Below are positions 51,419 to 62,475 of a DNA stretch of 64,000 bases, piece by piece. Made by a program: the position numbers and the translations under genes. This stretch comes from a bacterium. GTDB taxonomy: Bacteria > SAR324 > NAC60-12. Position 1 is the first letter of the stretch. The number at the start of each line of letters is the position of its first letter. The notes under the pieces were generated by a model, which saw nothing but the letters and a program-made list of their open reading frames with translations, was not told where the DNA came from and did not search any database. The stretch spans positions 1,824,001-1,888,000 of the forward strand of contig OZ242383.1 in the NCBI GenBank assembly GCA_965209155.1, read 5' to 3'.

Positions 51419-52354
51419 ATGAGCAATTTTTCCAAACAGCAGAGACCACGTTCGCCGAAGCCTCTTTGGCTCAAAGTTCGATTGCCACGAGGGGAAAAAT
51501 ACAACTGGATAAGAAAAAAATCCGAAACGCTCCGGCTGAGCACTGTTTGTCAGGAAGCCCGCTGTCCAAATATCGCAGAGTGCTGGGAAGGTGGAACAGC
51601 AACCTTTATGCTGATGGGAGACACATGCACTCGAGGATGTCGATTCTGCGCCGTGAATACCGCAAAAAATCCTCTTCCCTTAGACTTGGAAGAACCTCGA
51701 AAACTGGCAGAAACCATATTTCAGATGAGATTGAAATATGTAGTGATCACCAGTGTGAACCGGGACGATCTTCCAGATCAAGGTGCGCGTCATATAGCGG
51801 CATCGATACGATCTGTCAAGCAGAAAAATCCTGAATTGCTCGTTGAAATCCTGATTCCTGATTTTCGTGGAGTCCCTGATCTCATTCAAACAGCAATCGC
51901 TGCTCAACCCGACGTGCTGGCCCACAATTTGGAAACTGTGGAACGCTTGACTCCCAAAGTGCGAGACCCACGGGCAGGCTACCAGAGGTCACTGCGTGTG
52001 TTAGAGACCGTTAAACAGCAAAACCCCGAGATGTTGACCAAGTCGTCTTTAATGTTGGGATTGGGAGAAACCCGGGATGAAATTCTCAAAGCTATGGAAG
52101 ATTTACGAATAAAGGATGTCGATTTTTTAACGATTGGTCAGTATTTACAACCCGAACCGTCCAAATTGAGAGTCTTCCGTTTCCTGCATCCCGACGAATT
52201 CAAGGAGTTGGCGGAAATTGGTGAAGAAATGGGATTCGAGTATGTCGCTGCTGGTCCATTGGTTCGCAGTTCTTACAGGGCAGCAGAATTTTACATTGAA
52301 CGAAAATTGAAATCTGATTCGAATTCCTTGCCTTTTGGTCGATCGGCAGCATAA
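51419..52354 (+). CDS. lipA: Lipoyl synthase
   Basis: CQEARCPNIAEC, CTRGCRFC and VRSSYRA. Confidence 0.96.
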   Translation: MSNFSKQQRPRSPKPLWLKVRLPRGEKYNWIRKKSETLRLSTVCQEARCPNIAECWEGGTATFMLMGDTCTRGCRFCAVNTAKNPLPLDLEEPRKLAETIFQMRLKYVVITSVNRDDLPDQGARHIAASIRSVKQKNPELLVEILIPDFRGVPDLIQTAIAAQPDVLAHNLETVERLTPKVRDPRAGYQRSLRVLETVKQQNPEMLTKSSLMLGLGETRDEILKAMEDLRIKDVDFLTIGQYLQPEPSKLRVFRFLHPDEFKELAEIGEEMGFEYVAAGPLVRSSYRAAEFYIERKLKSDSNSLPFGRSAA

Positions 52355-52495
52355 TCAATTGCCTCAAATCACGTAACAATAAATAAACCCGGTCAAGTGG
52401 CATCCTGATGCTCTCGTTGACGAAGGAAAAATAACAGATTCGGGATACAGCGCTGCTTTGAGGGAGTATTGAAAACCTTTAAACAGTAGAAATAC

Positions 52496-52822
52496 ATGTC
52501 TAGTGATAAAGTCATTCATTTAACCGACGCGAATTTTGACGAAGAAATTAAAATTGGTTTAACCTTGGTCGATTTCTGGGCTGAATGGTGTAAACCCTGT
52601 TTGGCATTGGCTCCGGCAATCAACGAATTGGCCGAAACTTATAATGGCCGTTTGAAAGTTTGCAAGGTGGACGTGGATCACAATCAATCGATTCCAGCAC
52701 GTTTTGGCATCCGTGGAATTCCTACGGTGATTCTATTTAAAAACGGAGAACAGACGGATATGTTCACCGGAAATAGTCCTCAAAAAATCAGAGAAATGGT
52801 AGATCGCGCACTTCTCAATTGA
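52496..52822 (+). CDS. trxA: Thioredoxin
   Basis: DFWAEWCKPC and GIPT. Confidence 0.93.
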   Translation: MSSDKVIHLTDANFDEEIKIGLTLVDFWAEWCKPCLALAPAINELAETYNGRLKVCKVDVDHNQSIPARFGIRGIPTVILFKNGEQTDMFTGNSPQKIREMVDRALLN

Positions 52823-53646
52823 TTGAAAGAGGATTGAATTTATTGAAAGATAAACCCTCAAACTCGAATTGGCTCCTACTCCTCGCTTACGACGGATTCA
52901 ATTACCATGGATGGCAAGTCCAAAACGAGGAAAATACAATTGAGGGCGAGCTTGAAAAAGCGATCCGGACCCTGACGGGAAAGTGCGTAAAAGTCTTTGG
53001 AGCAGGGAGGACGGACAGCAAAGTACATGCCATCAATCAAACCGCGCACTTTTTTTCGAACGCTGATTTTACTGCAGAAAGTTGGTGTTCTGCACTCAAT
53101 GCGGTTCTTCCCATGGACATTGCTGTGAAGTGTGTCTTACCTGTTTCGTCCACCTTCCATGCCCGCCACAGTTCCCTGGCAAAACGGTATCGTTATCTCA
53201 TTCACAACAAACCATACCCTTCTCCATTCAATTCCCACTATAGCTGGTGGCTGCGCAGGCCATTGGATTTGAATGCAATGCGGCAAGCTGCCAGACACTT
53301 AATCGGGGAACATGATTTTTCTGCCTTTCGCTCTTCTCGATGCGTGTCACCTTCTCCTGTGAAAATCATCAATGACATCTTGGTTTCTCCCATTCATTCT
53401 CCCTTTGCTTCCCTGAAAATCGAGGTTGAGGCGAACTCATTTTTACAGCACATGGTGCGAATAATCACAGGAACTTTAGCGGCAGTGGGAGAAAAACGCT
53501 TACTGGCAGATGATATTCCCAGCATTTTAGAAGACAAAGACCGTCGTAAAAGTGGAAAAACGGCTCCTCCTTATGGACTCTATGCGCAAAAAGTTTATTA
53601 TGATGAACGAGAAGTAAGGTGGCCTTCCCAGGTGATCGATCTCTGA
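52819..53646 (+). CDS. truA: tRNA pseudouridine(38-40) synthase
   Basis: YDGFNYHGWQ, AGRTDSKVHA and FLQHMVR. Confidence 0.95.
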   Translation: MIERGLNLLKDKPSNSNWLLLLAYDGFNYHGWQVQNEENTIEGELEKAIRTLTGKCVKVFGAGRTDSKVHAINQTAHFFSNADFTAESWCSALNAVLPMDIAVKCVLPVSSTFHARHSSLAKRYRYLIHNKPYPSPFNSHYSWWLRRPLDLNAMRQAARHLIGEHDFSAFRSSRCVSPSPVKIINDILVSPIHSPFASLKIEVEANSFLQHMVRIITGTLAAVGEKRLLADDIPSILEDKDRRKSGKTAPPYGLYAQKVYYDEREVRWPSQVIDL

Positions 53647-53706
53647 AGATATTCCGAGAAGATTTTGCTGAAGAACTGAACCACATGTCTTTCAGGACCA
53701 CGTCAT

Positions 53707-55686
53707 ATGTCCCAATTTGAACTCAATGCGGACTACGCTCCCACAGGTGATCAACCTCAAGCGATCCAAACTCTCCTGTACGGCTTAAAGCAAAAGAAAA
53801 GACACCAGGTTTTGTTGGGAATTACCGGTTCTGGAAAAACTTTCACCATGGCGAACATCATTCAACGATGGAAACGTCCCACCCTGGTTATTGCCCACAA
53901 TAAAACCTTGGCTGCCCAGCTCTACAATGAATTCAAGGATTATTTCCCAAACAACGCAGTCGAATACTTTGTCAGTTTTTACGACTATTACCAACCAGAA
54001 GCATATGTCGCAACTCGTGATCTCTATATAGAAAAAGATGCGTCCATCAACGATGAATTGGAGCGACTTCGTCTTTCGGCAACGCGTTCGCTTTTAGAAA
54101 GGGAAGACGTCATAATTGTGAGCAGCGTTTCCTGTATCTATGGTCTGGGTTCTCCTGAAGAATACGGAGACATGATGCTTTTTTTCAGGACTGGCGAATT
54201 CCTTTCCAGAAGCTTTCTGCTGGAGCGCTTGATCGAGTTGCGCTACGAACGCAATGATTTTGATTTCCACCGTGGAACCTTCCGGGTCCGGGGAGACGTC
54301 ATAGATATTTACATGGCAGAATCAGATTTTGCCATCCGGGTTGAGTTGTTTGGGGATGAAGTGGAGCAATTGACGAAATTTGACCCCCTCACCGGAAAAA
54401 AACTCGATACTCTATCCCGTATTGCTGTTTATCCTAATTCCCATTATGTCACTCCGGCAGAACGATTGCCCACGACCTTAAAAATGATTCGGCAAGAATT
54501 GAATCAGCGCTTGGAAGAACTTGAACAACAGGGAAAGCTCGTTGAGCGACAACGCTTGAAACAAAGAACCGAATATGATTTGGAGATGATGGAAGAAACC
54601 GGCTTTTGCAAGGGAATCGAAAACTACAGCCGGATTATTCAACGACGGCATGCTGGCTCCGCATCTCCTACTTTGATCGATTATTTTCCTAAAGACGCCT
54701 TAATCATCATTGATGAAAGCCATGTTACTTTACCGCAATTGAGAGCCATGTATGAAGGAGATTTTACTCGCAAATCCACTTTGGTGGAATATGGATTCCG
54801 TCTCCCTTCCGCCTTGGATAACCGACCTTTCAAATTCAAAGAATTTGAAGCGACCACCCAACAACGCATATACGTTTCAGCAACTCCGGGTCCTTATGAG
54901 TTGTCTCAAAAAAATGCGACGGTGGTGGAACAGGTTATCCGGCCAACCGGACTTTTGGACCCCATTGTCGAGGTACGCCCCATGATGGGACAGGTTGACG
55001 ATATGCTCCATGAAATCCGCATTCGTCTGCAAAAAAAAGAACGCGTGCTCATCACAACATTGACCAAACGAATGGCCGAAGATTTGACCGAATATTATGA
55101 AGATCTCAATGTTCCGGTTCGCTACATGCATTCGGACATCGACGCCATCGAACGCACCCAGATTCTCTATGAATTGAGAACAGGCGCATTTTGCGTTTTG
55201 ATTGGAATCAACCTTTTGCGGGAAGGCCTCGATCTCCCTGAAGTCTCTTTAGTGGGGATATTCGATGCCGATAAAGAAGGTTTTTTGCGATCGAGTACCT
55301 CTCTCATTCAAACTATTGGCCGGGCTGCCCGCAATGTCAATGGAACCGTGATCATGTATGCCGATCACATCACCGATTCAATGAGAAATGCTATCTATTT
55401 GACTGAACAACGACGCAAAAAACAACACGCATACAACGAACAACACCTCATCATTCCTCAGACTGTTTATAAACGTATTCAAGAATCACTCGTTGCCAAC
55501 GATGACACCACCTTGATTTCCGAGGCACCGGCTTCGTTTCAAAACACCAGTCAATTGGAATCTCAAATCAGTTTATTCGAAACAGAAATGTACCAGGCGG
55601 CTGAAGCGCTGAATTTTGAAAGAGCGGCTGAATTGCGAGATCAAATTACTTTATTGAAAAATAAGTTGATTGGATTGCATTCCTGA
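53707..55686 (+). CDS. uvrB: Excinuclease ABC subunit B
   Basis: GITGSGKT, YYQPEAY, DESH and a C-terminal UVR motif. Confidence 0.98.
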   Translation: MSQFELNADYAPTGDQPQAIQTLLYGLKQKKRHQVLLGITGSGKTFTMANIIQRWKRPTLVIAHNKTLAAQLYNEFKDYFPNNAVEYFVSFYDYYQPEAYVATRDLYIEKDASINDELERLRLSATRSLLEREDVIIVSSVSCIYGLGSPEEYGDMMLFFRTGEFLSRSFLLERLIELRYERNDFDFHRGTFRVRGDVIDIYMAESDFAIRVELFGDEVEQLTKFDPLTGKKLDTLSRIAVYPNSHYVTPAERLPTTLKMIRQELNQRLEELEQQGKLVERQRLKQRTEYDLEMMEETGFCKGIENYSRIIQRRHAGSASPTLIDYFPKDALIIIDESHVTLPQLRAMYEGDFTRKSTLVEYGFRLPSALDNRPFKFKEFEATTQQRIYVSATPGPYELSQKNATVVEQVIRPTGLLDPIVEVRPMMGQVDDMLHEIRIRLQKKERVLITTLTKRMAEDLTEYYEDLNVPVRYMHSDIDAIERTQILYELRTGAFCVLIGINLLREGLDLPEVSLVGIFDADKEGFLRSSTSLIQTIGRAARNVNGTVIMYADHITDSMRNAIYLTEQRRKKQHAYNEQHLIIPQTVYKRIQESLVANDDTTLISEAPASFQNTSQLESQISLFETEMYQAAEALNFERAAELRDQITLLKNKLIGLHS

Positions 55687-55733
55687 GACGTTGTTTGGCA
55701 AGAAATTGCTCGTTCACCAGAATTGCAGTTTCT

Positions 55734-56000
55734 TCAAATCAATATAATTGAGGGGTAGCGGATTTGTTTCTCCTTTGTCCCTGCGAAAGCAGGGAGCAGG
55801 AATCCTGGGTATGCAGTTCCAGCGTTGCCATCGGTAAACCATTGTTGGGTCTGGGTCGTCTGCAAGAATTGAAATACTTCCGCCTTGAACATACCCGGTT
55901 CCGGACTGAAAGCGCCGGCATCGCCTTCGCTATAACCACCGGAAGTCGTCAGGTTTTCAATAATGGCCGTTTCAAAGATGTTTTCGGACGTGATGCTCAT
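55734..56000 (-). pseudogene. Type I restriction subunit HsdR N-terminal fragment, ending in a REP-like palindrome
   Basis: SENIFETAIIENL...FLQTTQTQQW, then unrelated sequence with CCTGCGAAAGCAGG. Confidence 0.65.
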
Positions 56001-57682
56001 TAGTCCACCCGCCAGGTTCTTACAGCCTGGTCAGCAAGCCAGGATTGATAGTGGTTGAGATTTGTCAGGTCCCAGTGATCATATTCAGCCACTTTCTTAG
56101 CCAGCCTGAAAGTAGTATTCAGATAATGCGCTTGCTTGGTGGCGAAATCAGCCTGTTGCAGGTCGTTCTGTTCCAACAACACCATGTTGCCTAGCCGGTC
56201 TGCAATATCGTTCACACCATCGCCAAAATACTGGTACCAGTCCTGTTCCGGATGATAAGGGCAAATATGCTCGAGCTTTGTATCCAGGTATCTTACCTTA
56301 CGTCCCGCGTTATTCTCGATATCTGTCAACAAAAAACGGATTTTTTTGGATGAGCGTCGACTCGGCATTTTGAAATACTCGAAGGCGTTTTTGAATACGT
56401 CATCCGCAGGGTAAAGCGCTTTGTAGTCAGGGCTGTTTTTGATATGGCTGGCGCGTTGAAATTCACCATTGGCTATTTCTATGGCGATTCTGTTGTAACG
56501 TTTTTCCTGCTCGTTTGGTGAAAAGCTACAAATCACGTTGTAACGAATGGATAGAATGTAAATATATTTCAGCGTTTTAATAAACTCGTCAGGCGTGAAT
56601 TCCCGCATAAATGCCGCAATTAATATCGTATAGGGTTGTCGTATACCAAACAACTTCAAACCTTCCAGGAAATGAACCGCATCTCGATATTTACCGTTTT
56701 CTCGCCGCCACCACTCATCATAAGGATTGGATAAAGACGCATAGATGGGAACCGCATCTGTTAATGATCTTAAATAACCATGCGCATGTTTGGCTTTGGT
56801 GTAAAGCAGCCTGACCGATTTGAACAACTCCTTCTTGCTTACCTGAGGTTTATAAGAATTGTGGTGGCAACGGACAAAATCAGTGAAATCGCTTTCACCC
56901 AGTTGGCTCAAGATGCTGGACCAGGTTTCATCGAGATCATCCAGTATTTCTTCGGAAACGTCATCATTTTGAGTGACCACCGAAAAAATATGGTTTTTCA
57001 ACAGATCGGGTGTGGAAAGCTGTACTCCTCTGGCATTTAACGTCTCAAACACTTTGTAGGCATTCAGACTGTCTTGCACCACGATTTTCGTAAAAATCAA
57101 CCTGGATGAAAACTTATTGATGAATTCGCCAATTTCTTCGCCACTGTTCCCCATGTTTTTGTCGCAGAAAAATTCAAATGCTCGACTCAAAAGGTCATTG
57201 GTTGCCGTAATTCCCCGGCTCTGGGGTGGGCGCAGGTTGGAACAGATATCTTTGTAAAAACGTCCATTATTGCGATTCAGCGTCAGTCTGCTGCTCACTC
57301 TCAATGAAACGATATCTTTCGTACCAATAAAGCGTGCCGTAATTTCCTGCAAACGTTCCTGATTTTTAGCAGCGTCTTCATCGTTATCGCTTAAACGTTG
57401 AAGATGTCGCATTGTGGACAGGATCAACAAGGAAAGTGTCACCAGACGTTGTTGACCATCTATCACTTCAAACTCCAGCTGACTTTTACGTTGCAACACG
57501 ATATAGCCCATATAATGAAACCCCTCCTGGTCCAGACCTTCGATATCCGCCCATAAAACTTCCCATTGTTCCTGTTCCCACGTGTAATCCCTTTGGAAAC
57601 GCGGTACTGTGTATTTAACCCCGTTACTCAACAACTCGGAATAGGTCTGGTTGGAAGGTTCCATTAGCATAAAATCGCTCAT
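56000..57682 (-). CDS. DUF262 + DUF1524 (GmrSD-like) putative nuclease
   Basis: VPRFQRDYTW, IDGQQRLVT, FETLNARG and LEHICP...LGNMVLL. Confidence 0.9.
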   Translation of the reverse strand: MSDFMLMEPSNQTYSELLSNGVKYTVPRFQRDYTWEQEQWEVLWADIEGLDQEGFHYMGYIVLQRKSQLEFEVIDGQQRLVTLSLLILSTMRHLQRLSDNDEDAAKNQERLQEITARFIGTKDIVSLRVSSRLTLNRNNGRFYKDICSNLRPPQSRGITATNDLLSRAFEFFCDKNMGNSGEEIGEFINKFSSRLIFTKIVVQDSLNAYKVFETLNARGVQLSTPDLLKNHIFSVVTQNDDVSEEILDDLDETWSSILSQLGESDFTDFVRCHHNSYKPQVSKKELFKSVRLLYTKAKHAHGYLRSLTDAVPIYASLSNPYDEWWRRENGKYRDAVHFLEGLKLFGIRQPYTILIAAFMREFTPDEFIKTLKYIYILSIRYNVICSFSPNEQEKRYNRIAIEIANGEFQRASHIKNSPDYKALYPADDVFKNAFEYFKMPSRRSSKKIRFLLTDIENNAGRKVRYLDTKLEHICPYHPEQDWYQYFGDGVNDIADRLGNMVLLEQNDLQQADFATKQAHYLNTTFRLAKKVAEYDHWDLTNLNHYQSWLADQAVRTWRVD

Positions 57683-57810
57683 ACAGTTGTCTCCTGGATC
57701 GATAATTCCGGAACTTTGATCTTGCCAGTCACCACCTCGGAAATCAGCACGGTGCGATACTCTTTTTGGAGTTCGATGATGCGTGGATTTTTCGCGATTT
57801 TGGCATCAAT
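57679..57810 (-). pseudogene. Type I specificity subunit HsdS C-terminal fragment
   Basis: IDAKIAK...IELQKEYRTVLISEVVTGKIKV. Confidence 0.75.
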
Positions 57811-58128
57811 GTGAAAGGCTGCCAAAGCCATCCGAAAAGGTTTAGCGGGTGCTCCTTGTCCTGGCAAGAAAAGGGATGCATACTACTTCTCAAATCTTTG
57901 CCAAGGAACAAGCTCCGCCAATCGTACCCAGCGATTCCGACCATCCAGTTTCCCCTCAAAGGGCAGGATGAACTCAGAAAAGCTCAGTTGACGAATTTCA
58001 CGGGCATACATAACTTTTTAAGCGCAAAGGTATTGAAGGAAAAATTAAAAAAGCGTGCAGATCAATTAGGCAATATTTAATATAATATATTGAAATTATT
58101 ACTCAATATTTTTTTCAGGAAACCCTAG

Positions 58129-59172
58129 TTAACGATAATATCGCATGAGCCCTGAGACTAAAACTAGAGCGAACAAATTGACAGTCCAGGAGGCAAGGAT
58201 TGGAGGTAAGGCGCCGGCATTTCCGATTGTGAGAAAAATTTGATTCGTGATCCAGAATAAAATTCCAAATAAACAGCTCAGCACCATCCCTTCTGCCGCC
58301 TTTCCCTGTCTGGAATGGGTCAAAGAAAGAGCCAATCCCAACAGCACCATAATCACGAGCGTGAATGGATATGCCAGTTTTTGGTGAAATGCCACCCAAT
58401 GTCGGGTGGCATCCTGGCCTTCTTCCTGGAGCTGCGCACTGAGTCGATAGAGAGACCTAAGAGGAAGGTGCTGGGGGTCAAGCGGTTGTTGAAAGGAAAC
58501 GACTGGAAAATCCTGAACGGAAGCTATCCATTCCGATTGTTGGAGAATCTGTGTTTTTTCGGGAAGGAAATTGCGTTGATTGACGTTTTTCAAATGCCAG
58601 TGATTGTCATTTTTTATTCCTGATTCAACCGTTGTATGCTGAGAAACACGATAAGGTGATGTATTCCAGCGAAATATAGCGATTTTCTCAATAACGGCAT
58701 CCAATTGACGAACTCCAAAGTAGAAAATCTGGTCGTTTTTAATTTTCCATAGAGGAGGGAGGGATTGATTGGTAAGCGCTGGTGGGAATTGTTTTGCTAA
58801 CCAATTGTAAATGTAGTTCTGGTTTATATAACTGAAAAGGGCAATGAGCAAAGAAAAAACGAGGATGGGGGAGGCAAGCCGAAAAAATCCCATGCCTGCC
58901 ATTCGCATCGCCGTGATTTCGGAGGTGCGATTCAACAAATTGAATGTGGTTATCGTGGCTAGTAAAATGGTTATTGGAAAAATCAACTCCAGCAAATCGG
59001 GTAACGTGAGAAAAATCTCCTGGATAAAAATATAAAACTGCTCCATGCTGGAAAAAACATGTCCAATGCGGCTGAAAAAGTTTCCGACCAGGATTATAAA
59101 TACAAAGGCAAAAAGGAATAAAAAAAAGAACTTGGTAAATTCTTCGGTTATATATCGTACGAGTATTGTCAT
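58129..59172 (-). CDS. LptF/LptG-family LPS export permease
   Basis: ILVRYI, SEITAMRMAG, HQKLAYPF and LPPILASW; six-TM pattern. Confidence 0.9.
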   Translation of the reverse strand: MTILVRYITEEFTKFFFLFLFAFVFIILVGNFFSRIGHVFSSMEQFYIFIQEIFLTLPDLLELIFPITILLATITTFNLLNRTSEITAMRMAGMGFFRLASPILVFSLLIALFSYINQNYIYNWLAKQFPPALTNQSLPPLWKIKNDQIFYFGVRQLDAVIEKIAIFRWNTSPYRVSQHTTVESGIKNDNHWHLKNVNQRNFLPEKTQILQQSEWIASVQDFPVVSFQQPLDPQHLPLRSLYRLSAQLQEEGQDATRHWVAFHQKLAYPFTLVIMVLLGLALSLTHSRQGKAAEGMVLSCLFGILFWITNQIFLTIGNAGALPPILASWTVNLFALVLVSGLMRYYR

Positions 59173-59431
59173 AATCCATGAAAGTGATACGGAAGTTAAG
59201 CATCTGGAGATTGCGAAAATACGGAGCGCATCTCTGTTTTTTCAATGAGCAACAACACCGGTTCAAACGCGCTCACATTGCAAGTTCCTCCCGTTCCGGA
59301 ATTCCACTTGCGAAGGCGCGATTCATCACTTATAACCAGAACCTGACAATATTAGCACATAGTAATTGACTTTCACTTGTTTTTTTCGGCGGCTGCTAAC
59401 ACAATGAAGGAACTTTTTCCTGGAAGACGAG

Positions 59432-59775
59432 ATGATTCAGAACCCGAAAAAAGAAAAACCGGAAATTCCAGAAGAAGGAGTAGAATTATCAGAAAATGAT
59501 CTTCTGTGGAAAAAAATGGAGTTTCTGTGGATGCATTTACCATTGATGATGTCTTTGAAACGGATCTCAAGAGTGAAACAATGCATCAAAAAGAAGATGC
59601 ATTGGCTGAGCCCCGTGATCGATCGTTGAAAGTGGATTCTCCGGTTGGCAATGCGTCTGAGCAATTGGGGCGATTGCTGGAAAACATAATTGCGTCTTCA
59701 GTGCAGAAGTCCATAGGCCGGGCAATGCCAGCATTGATTGACCAAATTGTTTCAAAAATCAAGGAAAAAACATAG
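59432..59775 (+). CDS. Hypothetical acidic protein, probably split by a frameshift in an A7 run (59510-59516)
   Basis: The acidic frame starting at 59432 would join the 59506-59775 frame if the run were A8. Confidence 0.4.
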
Positions 59776-59814
59776 CCTTTTAAAGTACCAATTTGGAAAA
59801 CAGGAGAGAGGGAT

Positions 59815-60627
59815 ATGGCTTTTTCATCCGGGAAAACTATCCGACCCCCGGCAGTGGCCGATTTATTTTATCCGGGAAATCCTTCAATTCTTCGCAAACA
59901 AATAAAGGACTACTTGAATTCCTCCCTCGATTCCGAGGTAAAGATTCCTAAAGCTATTATTGCCCCACATGCGGGCTATCAATACTCCGGCGCTGTTGCC
60001 GCAACGGCCTATCGAACTCTCCTTTCAGTCAAATCCCGCATTGAGCGAGTCGTACTTTTGGGTCCGGCCCATCAAGTCCCACTATACGGATTGGCAGCTT
60101 CTTCTGCGGATTATTTTGCCACTCCTTTGGGACACGTCCCGGTGGATAGTTCACGAATCCAACAATTGTTGCTGAAGTTCGATTATCTGCAAATTCTGGA
60201 CAATGCTCATGCTTCCGAACACAGTCTGGAAGTCCATTTGCCATTTTTACAAGAAATCCTGGATGATTTTGTCTTGATCCCTCTGTTAGTGGGAGACGCC
60301 ACGGGATCGCAAATTGGAGATGTTTTGGATACGCTTTGGGGAGGAATGGAAACCTTGATGGTGATCAGTTCGGATTTGAGTCACTATCATGATTACGCCA
60401 CGGCGCAGAGCATGGACCTGGAAACCGCAGGATATATTGAACGCTTTGAAGGGGATAAACTGGATTATGAAAGCGCCTGTGGACGTAATCCGATCAAAGG
60501 TTTGTTGACAGTTGCGCAAAAACGCCAACTACGAATTCAGCGATTGAAACTTTGTAATTCGGGGGATAGCGCTGGAAGCAAGGACCAAGTCGTGGGCTAT
60601 GGTTCCTGGATCTTGACAGAAGCTTGA
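59815..60627 (+). CDS. amrB: AmmeMemoRadiSam system protein B (MEMO1 family)
   Basis: RPPAVADLFYP, PHAGYQYSG, EHSLEVHLPF and SSDLSHY. Confidence 0.93.
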   Translation: MAFSSGKTIRPPAVADLFYPGNPSILRKQIKDYLNSSLDSEVKIPKAIIAPHAGYQYSGAVAATAYRTLLSVKSRIERVVLLGPAHQVPLYGLAASSADYFATPLGHVPVDSSRIQQLLLKFDYLQILDNAHASEHSLEVHLPFLQEILDDFVLIPLLVGDATGSQIGDVLDTLWGGMETLMVISSDLSHYHDYATAQSMDLETAGYIERFEGDKLDYESACGRNPIKGLLTVAQKRQLRIQRLKLCNSGDSAGSKDQVVGYGSWILTEA

Positions 60628-60645
60628 AATATTTCCAATGGAGAC

Positions 60646-61263
60646 ATGTTCTCCAGAAAAGTTCGCATGGAAAAGCATTCCATCGTGCAAGACTTTTTGA
60701 CGGCCAAAGAGAAGCAGCAGCTATATTCTATAGCAGCCTTATCAATACGTCACGGCTTGGAAGAGGGAACGGTCCCGAAAACAAAAGGGGAAGATCTGCA
60801 AGGAGTACTGGGAGAAAATGGGGCTGCCTTCGTCACCTTACGCAAACAAACAAAACTGCGGGGATGCGTCGGTTCCTTGGAAGCAAATCGTCCTTTGGCC
60901 ATCGATGTACTGGAAAACGCATATGCAGCCGCATTCGAGGATGCCCGATTTCCATCGTTGCGTTTAGAAGAGTGGAATGATTTAGATATCAAAATTTCCG
61001 TATTGAGTCGAGCAGAACCGATTGAATTTCATTCGGAAAAAGATTTGATTGCGCAACTGCATCCTGGTATTGACGGTTTGATTTTGACAGAAGGCTGCCA
61101 ACGAGGAACCTTTCTTCCCAGTGTCTGGAGCGACTTATCCAATCCCGATACTTTCCTGGAACACTTAAAAAAGAAAGCAAAACTGCCTGCGGATTACTGG
61201 TCCGATACCATTCGAGTCGAACGCTACCGGACGATCGAGTTTGGTGCGGAAACAGAACATTAA
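60646..61263 (+). CDS. amrA: AmmeMemoRadiSam system protein A (AMMECR1 family)
   Basis: AFVTL, LRGCVG, AAFEDARF and TFLPSVW. Confidence 0.93.
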   Translation: MFSRKVRMEKHSIVQDFLTAKEKQQLYSIAALSIRHGLEEGTVPKTKGEDLQGVLGENGAAFVTLRKQTKLRGCVGSLEANRPLAIDVLENAYAAAFEDARFPSLRLEEWNDLDIKISVLSRAEPIEFHSEKDLIAQLHPGIDGLILTEGCQRGTFLPSVWSDLSNPDTFLEHLKKKAKLPADYWSDTIRVERYRTIEFGAETEH

Positions 61264-61302
61264 AAAGGGCCGGGATGGCATCTCTATTTCACTTACGCAA
61301 CA

Positions 61303-62403
61303 TTGGAGTGGGGACAGACGTTGAATAAATCAGCTCGATACTGGCATCAAATGGACGATGGTCGCATACAATGTGACCTCTGCCCCCGTTTTTGCCGCTT
61401 GCATGAAGAGCAACGGGGATTGTGTTTTGTACGCAAACGAGAAGGCGATCAACTCTACTTGACCACCTATGGACGATCCAGTGGATTTTGCATAGACCCT
61501 ATTGAAAAAAAACCATTGAACCATTACCTCCCCGGTACCCCGGTTTTATCTTTTGGAACGGCAGGATGCAATCTGGCATGCAAGTTTTGTCAAAACTGGG
61601 ATATCAGCAAATCGCGCGAGTTGAATCGTCTGATGGATGAAGCTTCTCCGGAAACGATTGCCAGGGCCGCAAAACGATCAGGATGTCGCAGTGTCGCCTA
61701 CACCTACAACGACCCCGTCATATTTTTAGAATATGTCGTTGATATCGCAGAAGCATGCAGGGAAGAAGGTATCGATTCGGTGGCAGTGACGGCAGGGTAT
61801 ATTACTCCCGGGGCGAGAGAAGAATTCTATCAACAGATGGACGCGGCCAATGTGGATCTCAAAGGATTCACGGAACAATTTTATAAACGTATTTGTGGTG
61901 GACAACTCTCAGTAGTCCTGGAAACGTTGAAATATTTGAAGCACGAAACCGAAGTCTGGTTCGAAATCACGAACCTGATCATCCCCGGGCACAATGATTC
62001 CGATCATGAATTGGAGAAGATGACTCAGTGGATCGTGGAGAACCTGGGACCCGCTGTTCCTCTTCACTTTACCGCTTTTCATCCTGATTGGAAAATGAGA
62101 AATGTTCCGCACACTCCCCTGACCACCCTCCTACGCGCACGAAATATCGCAATAAAGAATGGCCTCCACTATGTTTATGTGGGTAACGTACACGACAAAT
62201 CGGCTTCGAGTACCTATTGTCACCAGTGTGGTCAGGTTCTCATCGGGCGGGATTGGTATAGGCTCAGTGACTGGAACCTCTCGGACGAGGGCCATTGCAA
62301 TAACTGCGGTAAGCGTTGTTTGGGGAAGTTCGCAGAATATCCGGGAAATTGGGGAACTCGCAGGCAAGCAGTCCATATGGCTTCTTATTCTGCTCTGAGT
62401 TGA
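61303..62403 (+). CDS. amrS: AmmeMemoRadiSam system radical SAM enzyme
   Basis: DPIEKKPLNHY and GCNLACKFCQNWDIS. Confidence 0.94.
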   Translation: MEWGQTLNKSARYWHQMDDGRIQCDLCPRFCRLHEEQRGLCFVRKREGDQLYLTTYGRSSGFCIDPIEKKPLNHYLPGTPVLSFGTAGCNLACKFCQNWDISKSRELNRLMDEASPETIARAAKRSGCRSVAYTYNDPVIFLEYVVDIAEACREEGIDSVAVTAGYITPGAREEFYQQMDAANVDLKGFTEQFYKRICGGQLSVVLETLKYLKHETEVWFEITNLIIPGHNDSDHELEKMTQWIVENLGPAVPLHFTAFHPDWKMRNVPHTPLTTLLRARNIAIKNGLHYVYVGNVHDKSASSTYCHQCGQVLIGRDWYRLSDWNLSDEGHCNNCGKRCLGKFAEYPGNWGTRRQAVHMASYSALS

Positions 62404-62475
62404 ACAATTCAAAATAACGAATTTTGTACGCACAACCCTGGTACCGCCACGGGTTGTTCAGCTAATTTACTCTTT

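Noticed and set aside
59815..62403. AmmeMemoRadiSam cluster as a novel system
   Set aside because: It is an already described, widespread three-gene system in its usual arrangement.
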